Source: an uncultured Sulfitobacter sp. (GTDB lineage Bacteria > Pseudomonadota > Alphaproteobacteria > Rhodobacterales > Rhodobacteraceae). From it: a DNA stretch of 64,000 nt. A program made the position numbers and the translations under genes. How positions within the stretch are numbered: position 1 is the stretch's first letter; each line of letters begins with the position of its first letter. The notes under the pieces were generated by a model. That model was not told the DNA's origin. It made no database searches and saw only the letters and a list, made by a program, of their open reading frames with translations. The stretch spans positions 6,256 through 70,255 of the forward strand of contig CAKZPD010000015.1 of the NCBI GenBank assembly GCA_937138475.1. The letters are read 5' to 3'. Positions 55,652-64,000 of the stretch are shown here, piece by piece.

Positions 55652-56491
55652 ATGAAATTTAACGGCACCGCCGACTATGTGGCGACAGATGATTTGACCG
55701 TGGCTGTGAACGCCGCTGTGACGCTTGAGCGCCCGCTTTTGGTCAAGGGAGAGCCGGGCACAGGCAAGACCGAATTGGCCCGGCAGGTTGCCACATCGCT
55801 GGGGTTGGAGATGATCGAATGGAACATCAAATCCACCACCCGTGCCCAGCAAGGCCTTTATGAATATGACGCAGTAAGCCGTCTGCGCGACAGCCAGCTG
55901 GGCGAAGAACGCGTTCACGATGTGAAAAACTATATCAAAAAGGGCAAGCTTTGGCAGGCGTTCGAGGCGCCGACAAAGACGGTTCTGTTGATTGATGAAA
56001 TTGACAAGGCTGATATCGAATTTCCGAATGATCTGCTGCAAGAGCTCGATAAAATGGAGTTCTTTGTCTATGAAACCGGCGAAACCATCCGCGCCGTCAA
56101 TCGCCCGATTGTGATTATTACGTCAAACAATGAAAAGGAATTGCCCGATGCGTTTTTGCGCCGGTGCTTTTTCCACTATATCCGATTCCCCGAAATAGAC
56201 ACATTGCGCAAAATCGTCGAAGTGCATCACCCCGGCATCAAGGATGCCCTTCTGACCACGGCCCTGACCCAGTTTTACGAAATCCGCGAACAGGCGGGAT
56301 TGAAGAAAAAGCCGTCCACGTCAGAGGTGCTTGATTGGCTCAAGCTGTTGCTGGCCGAGGATCTGAACGCCGAAGACCTGCGCCAAAGCGGCGGCAGCGC
56401 CTTGCCGAAACTGCATGGCGCGCTGCTTAAGAACGAACAGGATGTGCAATTGTTTGAACGCCTGGCCTTTATGGCCCGTGCCCAGCGATAA
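55652..56491 (+). CDS. MoxR-class AAA+ ATPase (CoxD-like)
   Basis: Walker A GEPGTGKTELA and Walker B VLLIDEIDKAD, with the roughly 280-aa single-AAA architecture. Confidence 0.85.
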   Translation: MKFNGTADYVATDDLTVAVNAAVTLERPLLVKGEPGTGKTELARQVATSLGLEMIEWNIKSTTRAQQGLYEYDAVSRLRDSQLGEERVHDVKNYIKKGKLWQAFEAPTKTVLLIDEIDKADIEFPNDLLQELDKMEFFVYETGETIRAVNRPIVIITSNNEKELPDAFLRRCFFHYIRFPEIDTLRKIVEVHHPGIKDALLTTALTQFYEIREQAGLKKKPSTSEVLDWLKLLLAEDLNAEDLRQSGGSALPKLHGALLKNEQDVQLFERLAFMARAQR

Positions 56492-56502
56492 GGAACCGCG
56501 CA

Positions 56503-56670
56503 ATGATCGTGATATCAGCCATTGTTATTGGGGTGATCTGGGGCGTCATGTCGGCCCGCCGGCGCGGTGGCAACGCCAAGGATCTGGCCCAATATGCCGC
56601 TGCCCATGCCATCGCCTTTGGTTTGGTCGGGGTGATTGTCACCCTGATCGTACACCGTTTGGCGCTCTGA
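56503..56670 (+). CDS. Small (55 aa) two-TM membrane protein, not in ORF track
   Basis: ATG preceded by an AAGGAA RBS. It encodes MIVISAIVIGVIWGVMSARRRGGNAKDLAQYAAAHAIAFGLVGVIVTLIVHRLAL. Its stop lies 1 nt before the VWA gene ATG. Confidence 0.5.
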   Translation: MIVISAIVIGVIWGVMSARRRGGNAKDLAQYAAAHAIAFGLVGVIVTLIVHRLAL

Positions 56671-56671
56671 G

Positions 56672-57859
56672 ATGTTTTTGCCCTTCTTTGAAAACCTGCG
56701 CAAACATAATGTGCCGGTCAGCCTGCGCGAATTTCTGGCCTTTCTGGAAGGGCTGCGCGCCGGCCTTGTGACCTATGACCCCGAGGCATTCTATTTTCTG
56801 GCCCGTGCCATCATGGTCAAGGATGAACGCAACATAGACAAGTTCGACCGGGCGTTTTCACAAAGCTTTTCGGGGTTGGAAAACATCACCGCCGATCAAG
56901 TGCTTGAGGCCGTGGACATCCCCCGCGACTGGCTTGAGAAAATGGCCGAAAAGCATCTGAGCGCCGAGGAAAAGGCCGAAATCGAAGCCCTTGGCGGTTT
57001 TGACAAGCTGATGGAGACCCTGAAGAAACGGCTTGAGGAACAAAAAGGCCGCCATCAGGGGGGCAACAAATGGGTCGGCACCGCCGGCACGTCACCGTTC
57101 GGGGCCTATGGGTACAACCCCGAAGGCGTGCGCATCGGCCAAAACGAAAGCCGCCATCAACGGGCGGTCAAGGTCTGGGACAAACGCGAATTTCGCAATC
57201 TGGATGACAATGTCGAACTGGGCACCCGCAACATCAAGGTGGCGCTGAAACGTCTGCGCCGCTGGGCGCGGGACGGGGCAGCAGACGAGCTGGACCTGAA
57301 CGGGACCATTCGCGCCACCGCCGAACACGGCTATCTTGATGTGCAAACCCGGCCCGAGCGGCGCAACGCGGTCAAGGTCTTGCTGTTTTTGGATGTGGGC
57401 GGATCAATGGACCCGCATATCAAAGTGGTCGAAGAGCTGTTTTCCGCGGCGCGGGCCGAATTCAAGCATATGGAATATTACTATTTCCATAATTGCCTTT
57501 ACGAAGGGGTGTGGCGCGACAATCGCCGCCGCTGGGATGCGCAGATCCCAACCCACGAGGTGCTGCGCACTTATGGGCCTGATTATAAATGTATTTTCGT
57601 TGGTGATGCCTCGATGTCACCCTATGAGATTGCCTATCCGGGCGGCGCGTCCGAACATTGGAACGCCGAAAGCGGCGCCACCTGGCTGACCCGCGCGCGC
57701 GATCATTGGGGATCAACCCTGTGGATCAACCCCGTGCCGGAAAAATACTGGCCCTATACCCAGTCCATCGGAATGATTTGCGATCTGATGGGGGCGGACA
57801 ACATGGTGCCGATGACCCTTGAGGGGCTGTCGCGCGGGATGCGGGCGCTGACGCGTTAG
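56672..57859 (+). CDS. VWA-domain protein (CoxE-like partner of MoxR ATPase)
   Basis: 395 aa with a C-terminal VWA domain carrying a MIDAS-like LLFLDVGGSMD motif. It lies immediately downstream of the MoxR ATPase. Confidence 0.8.
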   Translation: MFLPFFENLRKHNVPVSLREFLAFLEGLRAGLVTYDPEAFYFLARAIMVKDERNIDKFDRAFSQSFSGLENITADQVLEAVDIPRDWLEKMAEKHLSAEEKAEIEALGGFDKLMETLKKRLEEQKGRHQGGNKWVGTAGTSPFGAYGYNPEGVRIGQNESRHQRAVKVWDKREFRNLDDNVELGTRNIKVALKRLRRWARDGAADELDLNGTIRATAEHGYLDVQTRPERRNAVKVLLFLDVGGSMDPHIKVVEELFSAARAEFKHMEYYYFHNCLYEGVWRDNRRRWDAQIPTHEVLRTYGPDYKCIFVGDASMSPYEIAYPGGASEHWNAESGATWLTRARDHWGSTLWINPVPEKYWPYTQSIGMICDLMGADNMVPMTLEGLSRGMRALTR

Positions 57860-57898
57860 GGCCTTGCCCTTGGTCCTGCCCTGCCCCATATCTGGGAG

Positions 57899-58576
57899 AT
57901 GCTCAAGTTTACCCCCATCCTCGCGGCGCTGCTTTATGGTTTGGCGATGTATCGCTTTTCGGCGTGGCGCACCGCCCGCGCCTTGGATGCCAAATCGACA
58001 GAACTGGTTGATCCGGCGCTGAAGACGCTGACCGATAAAATGGCGCAGGCGCTGGATTTACCGCGCGTGCGGGTGCATATTTATGAGATTGATCCGATCA
58101 ATGGCTTGGCCGCCCCCGATGGCCGCATTTTCATAACACGCGGGTTTTACAACAAATTTCGGGCTTCGGACATCAGCGCCGAGGAATTGGCCAGTGTTAT
58201 CGCCCATGAATTGGGCCATGTGGCATTGGGCCATTCACGGCGACGCATGATTGATTTTTCGGGTCAGAACGCCTTGCGCACCGCCTTGGGCATGGTGCTG
58301 GGCCGATTTATTCCGGGGCTGGGCATGTGGTTGGCCAGCATGGTCACATCGCTTTTGGCCGCGCGCCTGTCGCGCAAGGACGAATACGAGGCCGACGCCT
58401 ATGCCGCCGCATTGCTGACCAAAGCCGGGATCGGCATTGCGCCACAAATCAGCATGTTTGAAAAGCTGGACAAGCTGTCGGCGGGGGCCCATGCCCCGGC
58501 CTGGTTGTTAAGCCACCCCAAAACCCAAGACCGCATCAACGCGTTGCGTCAGTTGGATGGCAAGTGGAACCCCTAA
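57899..58576 (+). CDS. M48-family zinc metallopeptidase
   Basis: HELGH zinc motif and an N-terminal TM segment. Confidence 0.8.
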   Translation: MLKFTPILAALLYGLAMYRFSAWRTARALDAKSTELVDPALKTLTDKMAQALDLPRVRVHIYEIDPINGLAAPDGRIFITRGFYNKFRASDISAEELASVIAHELGHVALGHSRRRMIDFSGQNALRTALGMVLGRFIPGLGMWLASMVTSLLAARLSRKDEYEADAYAAALLTKAGIGIAPQISMFEKLDKLSAGAHAPAWLLSHPKTQDRINALRQLDGKWNP

Positions 58577-58636
58577 GGGCCGGCCCATCGCACGCTGCCC
58601 ATCTTTCGGCGCCCAAAGCGCTGTTGTATCACCGGC

Positions 58637-59179
58637 CTAGGCCAGCGCTTTGGCCAATCGCGGCAGCCGCGCCTTTTTAAGCAGCGCGCGCATCTGCCAA
58701 CCGCCCCCGGATATCTGGTTGGCTTGCGCCAATACTTGTGCGGCAACCGTCTGGACGCGGGCCGGATTGCTAAGCCATTGATCCATCAAGACCCCATCGG
58801 GATCCAGCCGCACCAGCCCTTCGGCATCCAAGGTTCCACGGGGAAAATCTTTTGCATTCAACGTTATAATCGCATCAGCTGATGTAGAAACCGCCAGCGC
58901 CAGAACATGCAGATCATTGGGATCAGGCAACCACAGCTTTTGCGCGATATGCGGGGCTTCGGGGTGGCAGGCCTTGGGGAAATCCACCGAAAGGACGGCG
59001 ATTTCCGCCCTGGCTTGCGCCGCCCCCTCTGGCCCCAGCTTGATCGCGGCGCGGGCCCATTCCTCAAGGATGCGCGGCGACCAGATCGGGGTGAACCCGC
59101 CGGCGCGGGCGACGCCAAGCAGCATTTCACGCATGACGGTTGGATAAAGGACACAAGTGTCCAGAACGATGCGGGTCAC
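58637..59179 (-). CDS. PIN-domain protein (VapC-like nuclease fold) with C-terminal extension
   Basis: IVLDTCVLYP, EEW, DPNDLHVLALAV and ITLNAKDF match the four conserved PIN positions. The GTG at 59179 overlaps the rlmI stop (GTGA). The upstream part of the track ORF is antisense to rlmI. Confidence 0.7.
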   Translation of the reverse strand: MTRIVLDTCVLYPTVMREMLLGVARAGGFTPIWSPRILEEWARAAIKLGPEGAAQARAEIAVLSVDFPKACHPEAPHIAQKLWLPDPNDLHVLALAVSTSADAIITLNAKDFPRGTLDAEGLVRLDPDGVLMDQWLSNPARVQTVAAQVLAQANQISGGGWQMRALLKKARLPRLAKALA

Positions 59180-60372
59180 AGGCGGAAGAACAGCGATTTC
59201 AAATAGCCGCTTTCGGCCAGCTGCGGCAACTGTGGATGATCGGGACCGGCAAAGCCGGTATAGATCAGCGCGCCCTGCCGGCCTGCCCGGCCTATTCCGC
59301 GCACCGATGCCCCGCGAAACGCGGTCAGATCTGCGGCATGAGAACACGAGCAGAGGCCCAATATTCCATCCGGCGCCACCAAGGGCGCCGCCAAGCGCGC
59401 GACCTTTTCATAGGCCCGCAGCCCGGCATCAAGCGCCCCGCGCGACGGGGCAAAGGCGGGCGGATCACAGATGACCATATCGAATTGCGCGCCCTCTTGG
59501 GCCAAGGCGGTCAATACGTCAAAGGCATCGCCGCGCCGGGTGGTGAAACGGTCGCCTGCGCCCATCAGTTCGGCGCCGCCGCTGGCCAGATCAAGCGCGG
59601 GGGCAGATCCATCGACCGCCACGGCCGACGCCGCGCCCTGGGCCAGTGCCGCAAGGGAAAACCCACCCACATGCGAGAAAACATCAAGCACGCGCAAGCC
59701 TTTGGCCATCGTCGCCGCAAAGGCGTGATTGGGCCGCTGATCGTAAAAGATACCGGTTTTCTGTCCGCCGGTCAGATCGGCAAGATAACGGGCGCCGTTC
59801 ATCGGCACGGGCACCGGCCCAACCGGGGCGGCGCCATGCAGAACCGCGCTTTGGTCGTCCAGCCCCTCCAGGGTGCGGGTGCGCCCGGCGGCGTTTTTGA
59901 TCACAGTGCTTACGCCCGTTACCCGGACCAGCGCGGCGCTTAGCGCCTCAAGATGGGTTTCGGCCCAGGCGGCATTGGGTTGGATCACGCAGATATCGCC
60001 AAAACGGTCGATAATCACCCCTGGCAGGCCGTCCGCCTCGGCGTGGATCAACCGATAGAAGGGCGCGTCGAACAATTTGTCGCGAAGCAACAGCGCCCGG
60101 TGCAGGCGCGCCTCAAGCCAGACGGCATCAACCGTTGCGGTGACATCGCGGTCAAGCACCCGCGCGATGATCTTTGACGCGGGGTTGACGCTGACCAGGG
60201 CCAGCGGTTGGCGGTTTTCGTCCTCAAGCACCGCCAATGCCCCCGGCGCCATGCCTCGGGTGCGCCGGTCTGTCACCAGCTCGTTTGCGTAAACCCATGG
60301 AAATCCATGACGAATGGCGCGCGCATTGGTTTTGGGGCGCAGGCGCACAACGGGAAGATCTGAATATGTCAT
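59176..60372 (-). CDS. rlmI: Class I SAM-dependent 23S rRNA m5C methyltransferase (RlmI-like)
   Basis: 398 aa with a PUA-like N-terminus (RHGFPWVYANEL) and a SAM methyltransferase core (VLDVFSHVGGFS, DPPAF). Confidence 0.8.
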   Translation of the reverse strand: MTYSDLPVVRLRPKTNARAIRHGFPWVYANELVTDRRTRGMAPGALAVLEDENRQPLALVSVNPASKIIARVLDRDVTATVDAVWLEARLHRALLLRDKLFDAPFYRLIHAEADGLPGVIIDRFGDICVIQPNAAWAETHLEALSAALVRVTGVSTVIKNAAGRTRTLEGLDDQSAVLHGAAPVGPVPVPMNGARYLADLTGGQKTGIFYDQRPNHAFAATMAKGLRVLDVFSHVGGFSLAALAQGAASAVAVDGSAPALDLASGGAELMGAGDRFTTRRGDAFDVLTALAQEGAQFDMVICDPPAFAPSRGALDAGLRAYEKVARLAAPLVAPDGILGLCSCSHAADLTAFRGASVRGIGRAGRQGALIYTGFAGPDHPQLPQLAESGYLKSLFFRL

Positions 60373-60411
60373 AGCGTTCCCATAGTGGTTTATCCCGGCG
60401 CTGAAAAGCGG

Positions 60412-60696
60412 CTAGTTTTGCGGCGCGTTTCGGGGGCGCGAACGCCATCCGCCGCGACGGCGCGGCGCGGTCATAGTGGTTAGCCCCTCGCTCAGGACTT
60501 CGGTCATCGGGTGATCGGGGTGTTGCGCCCCATATTGCCCCAGCAAACGGCGCAGCACGGTGCCGGTGTCTTCTTCGATCGGCAAGCTAAGCGCCCAGTC
60601 CAAAAAGATCGAACGACATTCGCTTTTTTGAATTCCGTCAATGCGATAGGCCTCAAAGATCAAGCCCTTTGGATCATCGGCGTTGCCCTTACCCAT
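60412..60696 (-). CDS. Conserved-looking hypothetical protein (94 aa)
   Basis: The ATG at 60696 overlaps the glnE stop by 8 nt. No motif recognised. Confidence 0.5.
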   Translation of the reverse strand: MGKGNADDPKGLIFEAYRIDGIQKSECRSIFLDWALSLPIEEDTGTVLRRLLGQYGAQHPDHPMTEVLSEGLTTMTAPRRRGGWRSRPRNAPQN

Positions 60697-63481
60697 GGTC
60701 CACGGCCCCTGTTTCAAAGGGGGCCAATGCGCGGGCAATCGCGGCGGCTGTGCGCGAAATGCTCTGTTCCAGTTGTGTCTCAAGCGTCTTCATATCCGTC
60801 TCTTGCGCGGCGCGCAGTAAAAAGCTTTGGCCGGCCTTGCCCAACGTCGCCGTGTCGAGGGGCCGATCCGACAGCAGGCGCGCAGCCAGCTGCACCTGCG
60901 CACAAAGCAGATAAGTGGCCTTAACGTCCGCCAAATCTGCGGCATCTAAAAGCCCAACAGCGACGGATGCGTCCAATCCATCCAAGGTATCGCGCGACGG
61001 CGTGCCCATCAACAGCCCCCCCGCCTGCGCGAGCAATTCGATATCCTGCATCCGCCCTGCCCCCTGCTTGGGATCCCACAGCGCCCCCGGCCCTTTGGCG
61101 GCCTGAATGCGGGCGCGCATGGCGATCACCTCGGCGGTGACATCGGCCAGATCGCGTTTGCGCTGCAACAGCTGGATGCGAAATGTCTCGATGCGTTGGC
61201 CAAGGGCGGCTGGCCCGGTGATCACGCGGGCCCGCGTCAGGGCCAGATGTTCCCAAAGCCACGCTTGGGTTTCCTGATAGCTTTCGAACGATGCCACGCT
61301 GGTGGCCACCGGCCCTTGATTGCCCGAAGGCCGCAACCGCATGTCGACCTCGTAAAGGCGCCCCTGCGCCATTGGCGCGCTGATGGCGGTGATCAGCGCC
61401 TGCGTTAGCCGGGCATAATAGGTCCGCGTGGCCAGCGGCTTGGCCCCGGTGGATATGTCCTGATCCTGGGGATCGTAAATGACGATCAAATCCAGATCTG
61501 ATCCGGCGTTCAACTGCCCCGCGCCAAGCGACCCCATACCAACAATCGCCGCCCCTGCCCCCGGCGGCGGGCCATGGCGCAGGGCGAATTTATCGATGAC
61601 CAGCGGCCAAAGCACCACCAGAATCGCGCGGGCCAGGTCGGCGTATTGCCTGGCCGCCTGGGGGCCCTGGGTCAAGCCGCGCAAATGATGCACCCCGATC
61701 CGAAAGTGCCATTCCTTGCACCACAAACGCGCCCGGTCCAGGCGCGCCTCGTAGTCGGGCAGATCGTTCAACAGGGCTGACAGCTCTTGCTCAAGGTGGG
61801 GTTGCCCCGGCCAGTCGCTGAAGAAATCACCGCCGATCACCGCATCAAACACCTGGGCGTTGCGCGATAAATGCTGGGCCAGGGCGGGCGAAGTGCCGAC
61901 AATGTCAATCAGCAGATCCCGCAGGTGCGGGTTGGCGTCCAGCAGGGAAAACAGCTGCACCCCGGCGGGCAGGCCGGCCAGAAACCCATCAAAGGCCAAC
62001 AGCGCTTCGTCTGGCTTGGTGGCGCGCGACAGCCGGTCCAATAGATCCGGGCGCAGGCGGTTAAACAGCTGGGCCGAACGGGCGCTGCGCAGCGCCGGAT
62101 AGCTGCGCCAACGATCCAGCACGCCTTCGTCAAAGGCGTGGCCGGGTGCGGCGGTTGGCTTGGCGGGGGCGAAGAACCCTTCGGTCAATTCATGCACCTC
62201 GGTCAGGCGGCGGGTCAGATCCGCCCGCAGCGCCACGGGGTCTTGATCCATCATCATCGCGATGCGGGTGATTTCCTCGGGGGATTTGGGCATCCTGTGG
62301 GTTTGCGCGTCATTGACCATCTGAATGCGGTGTTCAACAGTGCGGTGCATCACATAATGATCGGCCAGCCGCTGTGTCACATCGGCGTCGATCCAGCCCT
62401 TGTCAGTCAGCGCCCGCAATCCATCAATCGTGCCGCGCGGACGCAGATCCGCATCGCGCCCACCGGCAATCAGCTGGCGGGTCTGGGTGAAAAATTCGAT
62501 CTCGCGGATGCCGCCACGCCCCAGCTTCATGTCATGACCGGCCAGTGCAATCGGCCCGCCAAGGCCTTTGTGCTCTCGGATGGCCAGACGCATGTCATGG
62601 GCATCCTGGATGGCGGCAAAATCAAGATGCTTGCGCCAGACGAATGGGGTCAAGGTTTTCAAAAACCCATTGCCCGCCGCCTGATCGCCGGCGCAAACGC
62701 GGGCCTTGATATAGGCGGCGCGTTCCCAGGTGCGGCCCAGGCTTTCGTAATACCGCTCGGCCGCTTCCATTGCCATGCAGACAGGCGTCACCGCCGGATC
62801 AGGCCGCAATCGCAGATCGGTGCGGAACACATAACCATCGGCGGTCAGATCGCTAAGGTTGGCGCACATGGCGCGGGTCGCCTTGACAAATGCCGCCCGC
62901 GCATCGTGAAAATCCGCCGGATCAAAGCGCGTTTCATCAAAAAGCACGATCAGATCAATATCGGACGAATAATTCAGCTCTCGGGCGCCCATTTTGCCCA
63001 TCGCCAGAACGCTGACCCCGCAGGCGGTGTCCAGATCGGCCTGGGTCATGCCGGGAATTTTTCCCCGCTTTAGCTGCTGAAGCAAACCCGCCCTCAGCGC
63101 CGTTTCCGTGGCGGTGTCGGCAAATTCCGTCAACGCCTGCGTGACCTTGGCCAAGGGCCAGGCGCCACAAAGATCGGCCAGCCCTGTCAGCAAGGCCAGA
63201 CGCCGCTTGCCAGCGCGCAAACCGGCGCCAATCTGATCGGGGGGACAGGTTTTCGCATCCAAGATTATGCGCGCAAGGCTTTGATCTGGATCACTTATGG
63301 CCGCTGGCAACCATTCGCGTTCCTTTTGGATCAGCCCGGCCAAATAGGGGCTTGATCCGGCGGCGCCGATGATCAGCTCTCGCAGTTCTGGAGGGCATTC
63401 CGGCAACAACGCCAGCGCCTCGTGGCCGCGATCGGGATCAAAGGGGCGCGGGGTGCGGATCATCAAAGAAGCAAGTGTCAT
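60689..63481 (-). CDS. glnE: Bifunctional glutamine synthetase adenylyltransferase/adenylyl-removing enzyme
   Basis: 930 aa with two nucleotidyltransferase domains (GKMGARELNYSSDIDL and GMGSLGAGQLNAGSDLDL). I chose the ATG at 63481; the upstream 123 codons of the track ORF were discarded. Confidence 0.95.
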   Translation of the reverse strand: MTLASLMIRTPRPFDPDRGHEALALLPECPPELRELIIGAAGSSPYLAGLIQKEREWLPAAISDPDQSLARIILDAKTCPPDQIGAGLRAGKRRLALLTGLADLCGAWPLAKVTQALTEFADTATETALRAGLLQQLKRGKIPGMTQADLDTACGVSVLAMGKMGARELNYSSDIDLIVLFDETRFDPADFHDARAAFVKATRAMCANLSDLTADGYVFRTDLRLRPDPAVTPVCMAMEAAERYYESLGRTWERAAYIKARVCAGDQAAGNGFLKTLTPFVWRKHLDFAAIQDAHDMRLAIREHKGLGGPIALAGHDMKLGRGGIREIEFFTQTRQLIAGGRDADLRPRGTIDGLRALTDKGWIDADVTQRLADHYVMHRTVEHRIQMVNDAQTHRMPKSPEEITRIAMMMDQDPVALRADLTRRLTEVHELTEGFFAPAKPTAAPGHAFDEGVLDRWRSYPALRSARSAQLFNRLRPDLLDRLSRATKPDEALLAFDGFLAGLPAGVQLFSLLDANPHLRDLLIDIVGTSPALAQHLSRNAQVFDAVIGGDFFSDWPGQPHLEQELSALLNDLPDYEARLDRARLWCKEWHFRIGVHHLRGLTQGPQAARQYADLARAILVVLWPLVIDKFALRHGPPPGAGAAIVGMGSLGAGQLNAGSDLDLIVIYDPQDQDISTGAKPLATRTYYARLTQALITAISAPMAQGRLYEVDMRLRPSGNQGPVATSVASFESYQETQAWLWEHLALTRARVITGPAALGQRIETFRIQLLQRKRDLADVTAEVIAMRARIQAAKGPGALWDPKQGAGRMQDIELLAQAGGLLMGTPSRDTLDGLDASVAVGLLDAADLADVKATYLLCAQVQLAARLLSDRPLDTATLGKAGQSFLLRAAQETDMKTLETQLEQSISRTAAAIARALAPFETGAVDHG

Positions 63482-63557
63482 ACCCAAGTTGTGCGGCCAG
63501 ATCCTGCGGTCGTCAATGGCTGTTGCAACCCCAGCCGCCCTGCCCCATTCTGCACCA

Positions 63558-64000
63558 ATGAGCAAAAGCCTGAAACGTGTCCGCACCGTGTTGCAAACCG
63601 CCGGCCTTGACGCGCAGATCACCCAAACCGATCTGGCGCGCACGGCGCGTGATGCCGCCCTTGCCGTAGGGTGCGAGGTGGACCAGATCGCCAAATCCAT
63701 CATTTTCCAGGGGCAAACCAGCGGCCAGGCCGTGTTGTTCATCACCGCAGGCGGGCGCACCGTTGATCCCGCCCGCGCCAGCGCCCTTGCGGACGAGCCA
63801 TTGGGCCGCGCTGACCCGGCATTGGTGCGGGCACAAACCGGCTTTGCCATTGGCGGTGTGTCGCCGGTTGGGCATCTGTCGCCGATCCGCGCGTGGTTCG
63901 ACCAAACCTTGCTGGCTTTTGATCAGATCTGGGCCGCAGCCGGCACGCCGCATCACGTCTTTTGCCTGTCCCCTGCGCAATTGTTGCAGATTTCCGGTGC
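63558..64000 (+). CDS. YbaK/EbsC-type aminoacyl-tRNA editing domain protein (3' end outside window)
   Basis: An ATG at 63558 opens a frame that runs to the window edge: MSKSLKRVRTVLQTAGLDAQI...KSIIF...GFAIGGVSPVGH. This pattern is typical of the YbaK family. Confidence 0.7.
   Translation, partial: MSKSLKRVRTVLQTAGLDAQITQTDLARTARDAALAVGCEVDQIAKSIIFQGQTSGQAVLFITAGGRTVDPARASALADEPLGRADPALVRAQTGFAIGGVSPVGHLSPIRAWFDQTLLAFDQIWAAAGTPHHVFCLSPAQLLQISG

Overview
High-GC alphaproteobacterial (Rhodobacteraceae-like) chromosomal core segment, densely coding and mostly housekeeping. Gene order: imuB (5' partial)-dnaE2 mutagenesis cassette; tRNA-Ser(GCT); class I aldolase; ccdA/tusA-like; glpK; a CheB-CheR-PAS sensor; ndk; ABC-F; marC; holC-pepA divergent from lptF-lptG-lptD-surA-pdxA-rsmA; prfA-prmC; a tightly coupled M20-amidohydrolase plus two-ureohydrolase operon; mazG/nucleoside hydrolase/GNAT/selO; ssb; aroK-aroB; xerD; a CorC-type transporter; two divergent dimethylglycine-dehydrogenase-family genes plus a MocA-like gene; tRNA-Leu(CAA); yqaA-dsbB; lrp-arginase-ornithine cyclodeaminase; dksA; MoxR-VWA; M48 peptidase; PIN-rlmI; glnE; ybaK-like (3' partial). 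I found no prophage, CRISPR array, transposase-bearing IS or recognisable defence island. The most unusual signal visible directly in the sequence is a 101-102 bp hairpin-forming MITE-like element. It is present as two about 95% identical inverted copies with TA flanks. Each copy is nested in a second intergenic repeat family that also has one unoccupied copy in the window. The two copies bracket the 6-kb DMGDH/MocA module next to tRNA-Leu. Each lies in sense orientation in the 3' region of one of the two divergent transcription units. Secondary oddities: a 7-copy ATCCAT hexamer array with a perfect 13-bp inverted repeat upstream of ssb; a lower-GC block carrying an output-less CheB-CheR-PAS protein and an orphan gene; a PIN-domain gene translationally coupled (GTGA) to rlmI; and small unannotated membrane ORFs inside the MoxR-VWA and xerD operons. 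All functional calls rest on motif recognition by eye, because no database search was possible. Many ORF-track entries are N-terminally over-extended or are antisense artefacts of high GC.
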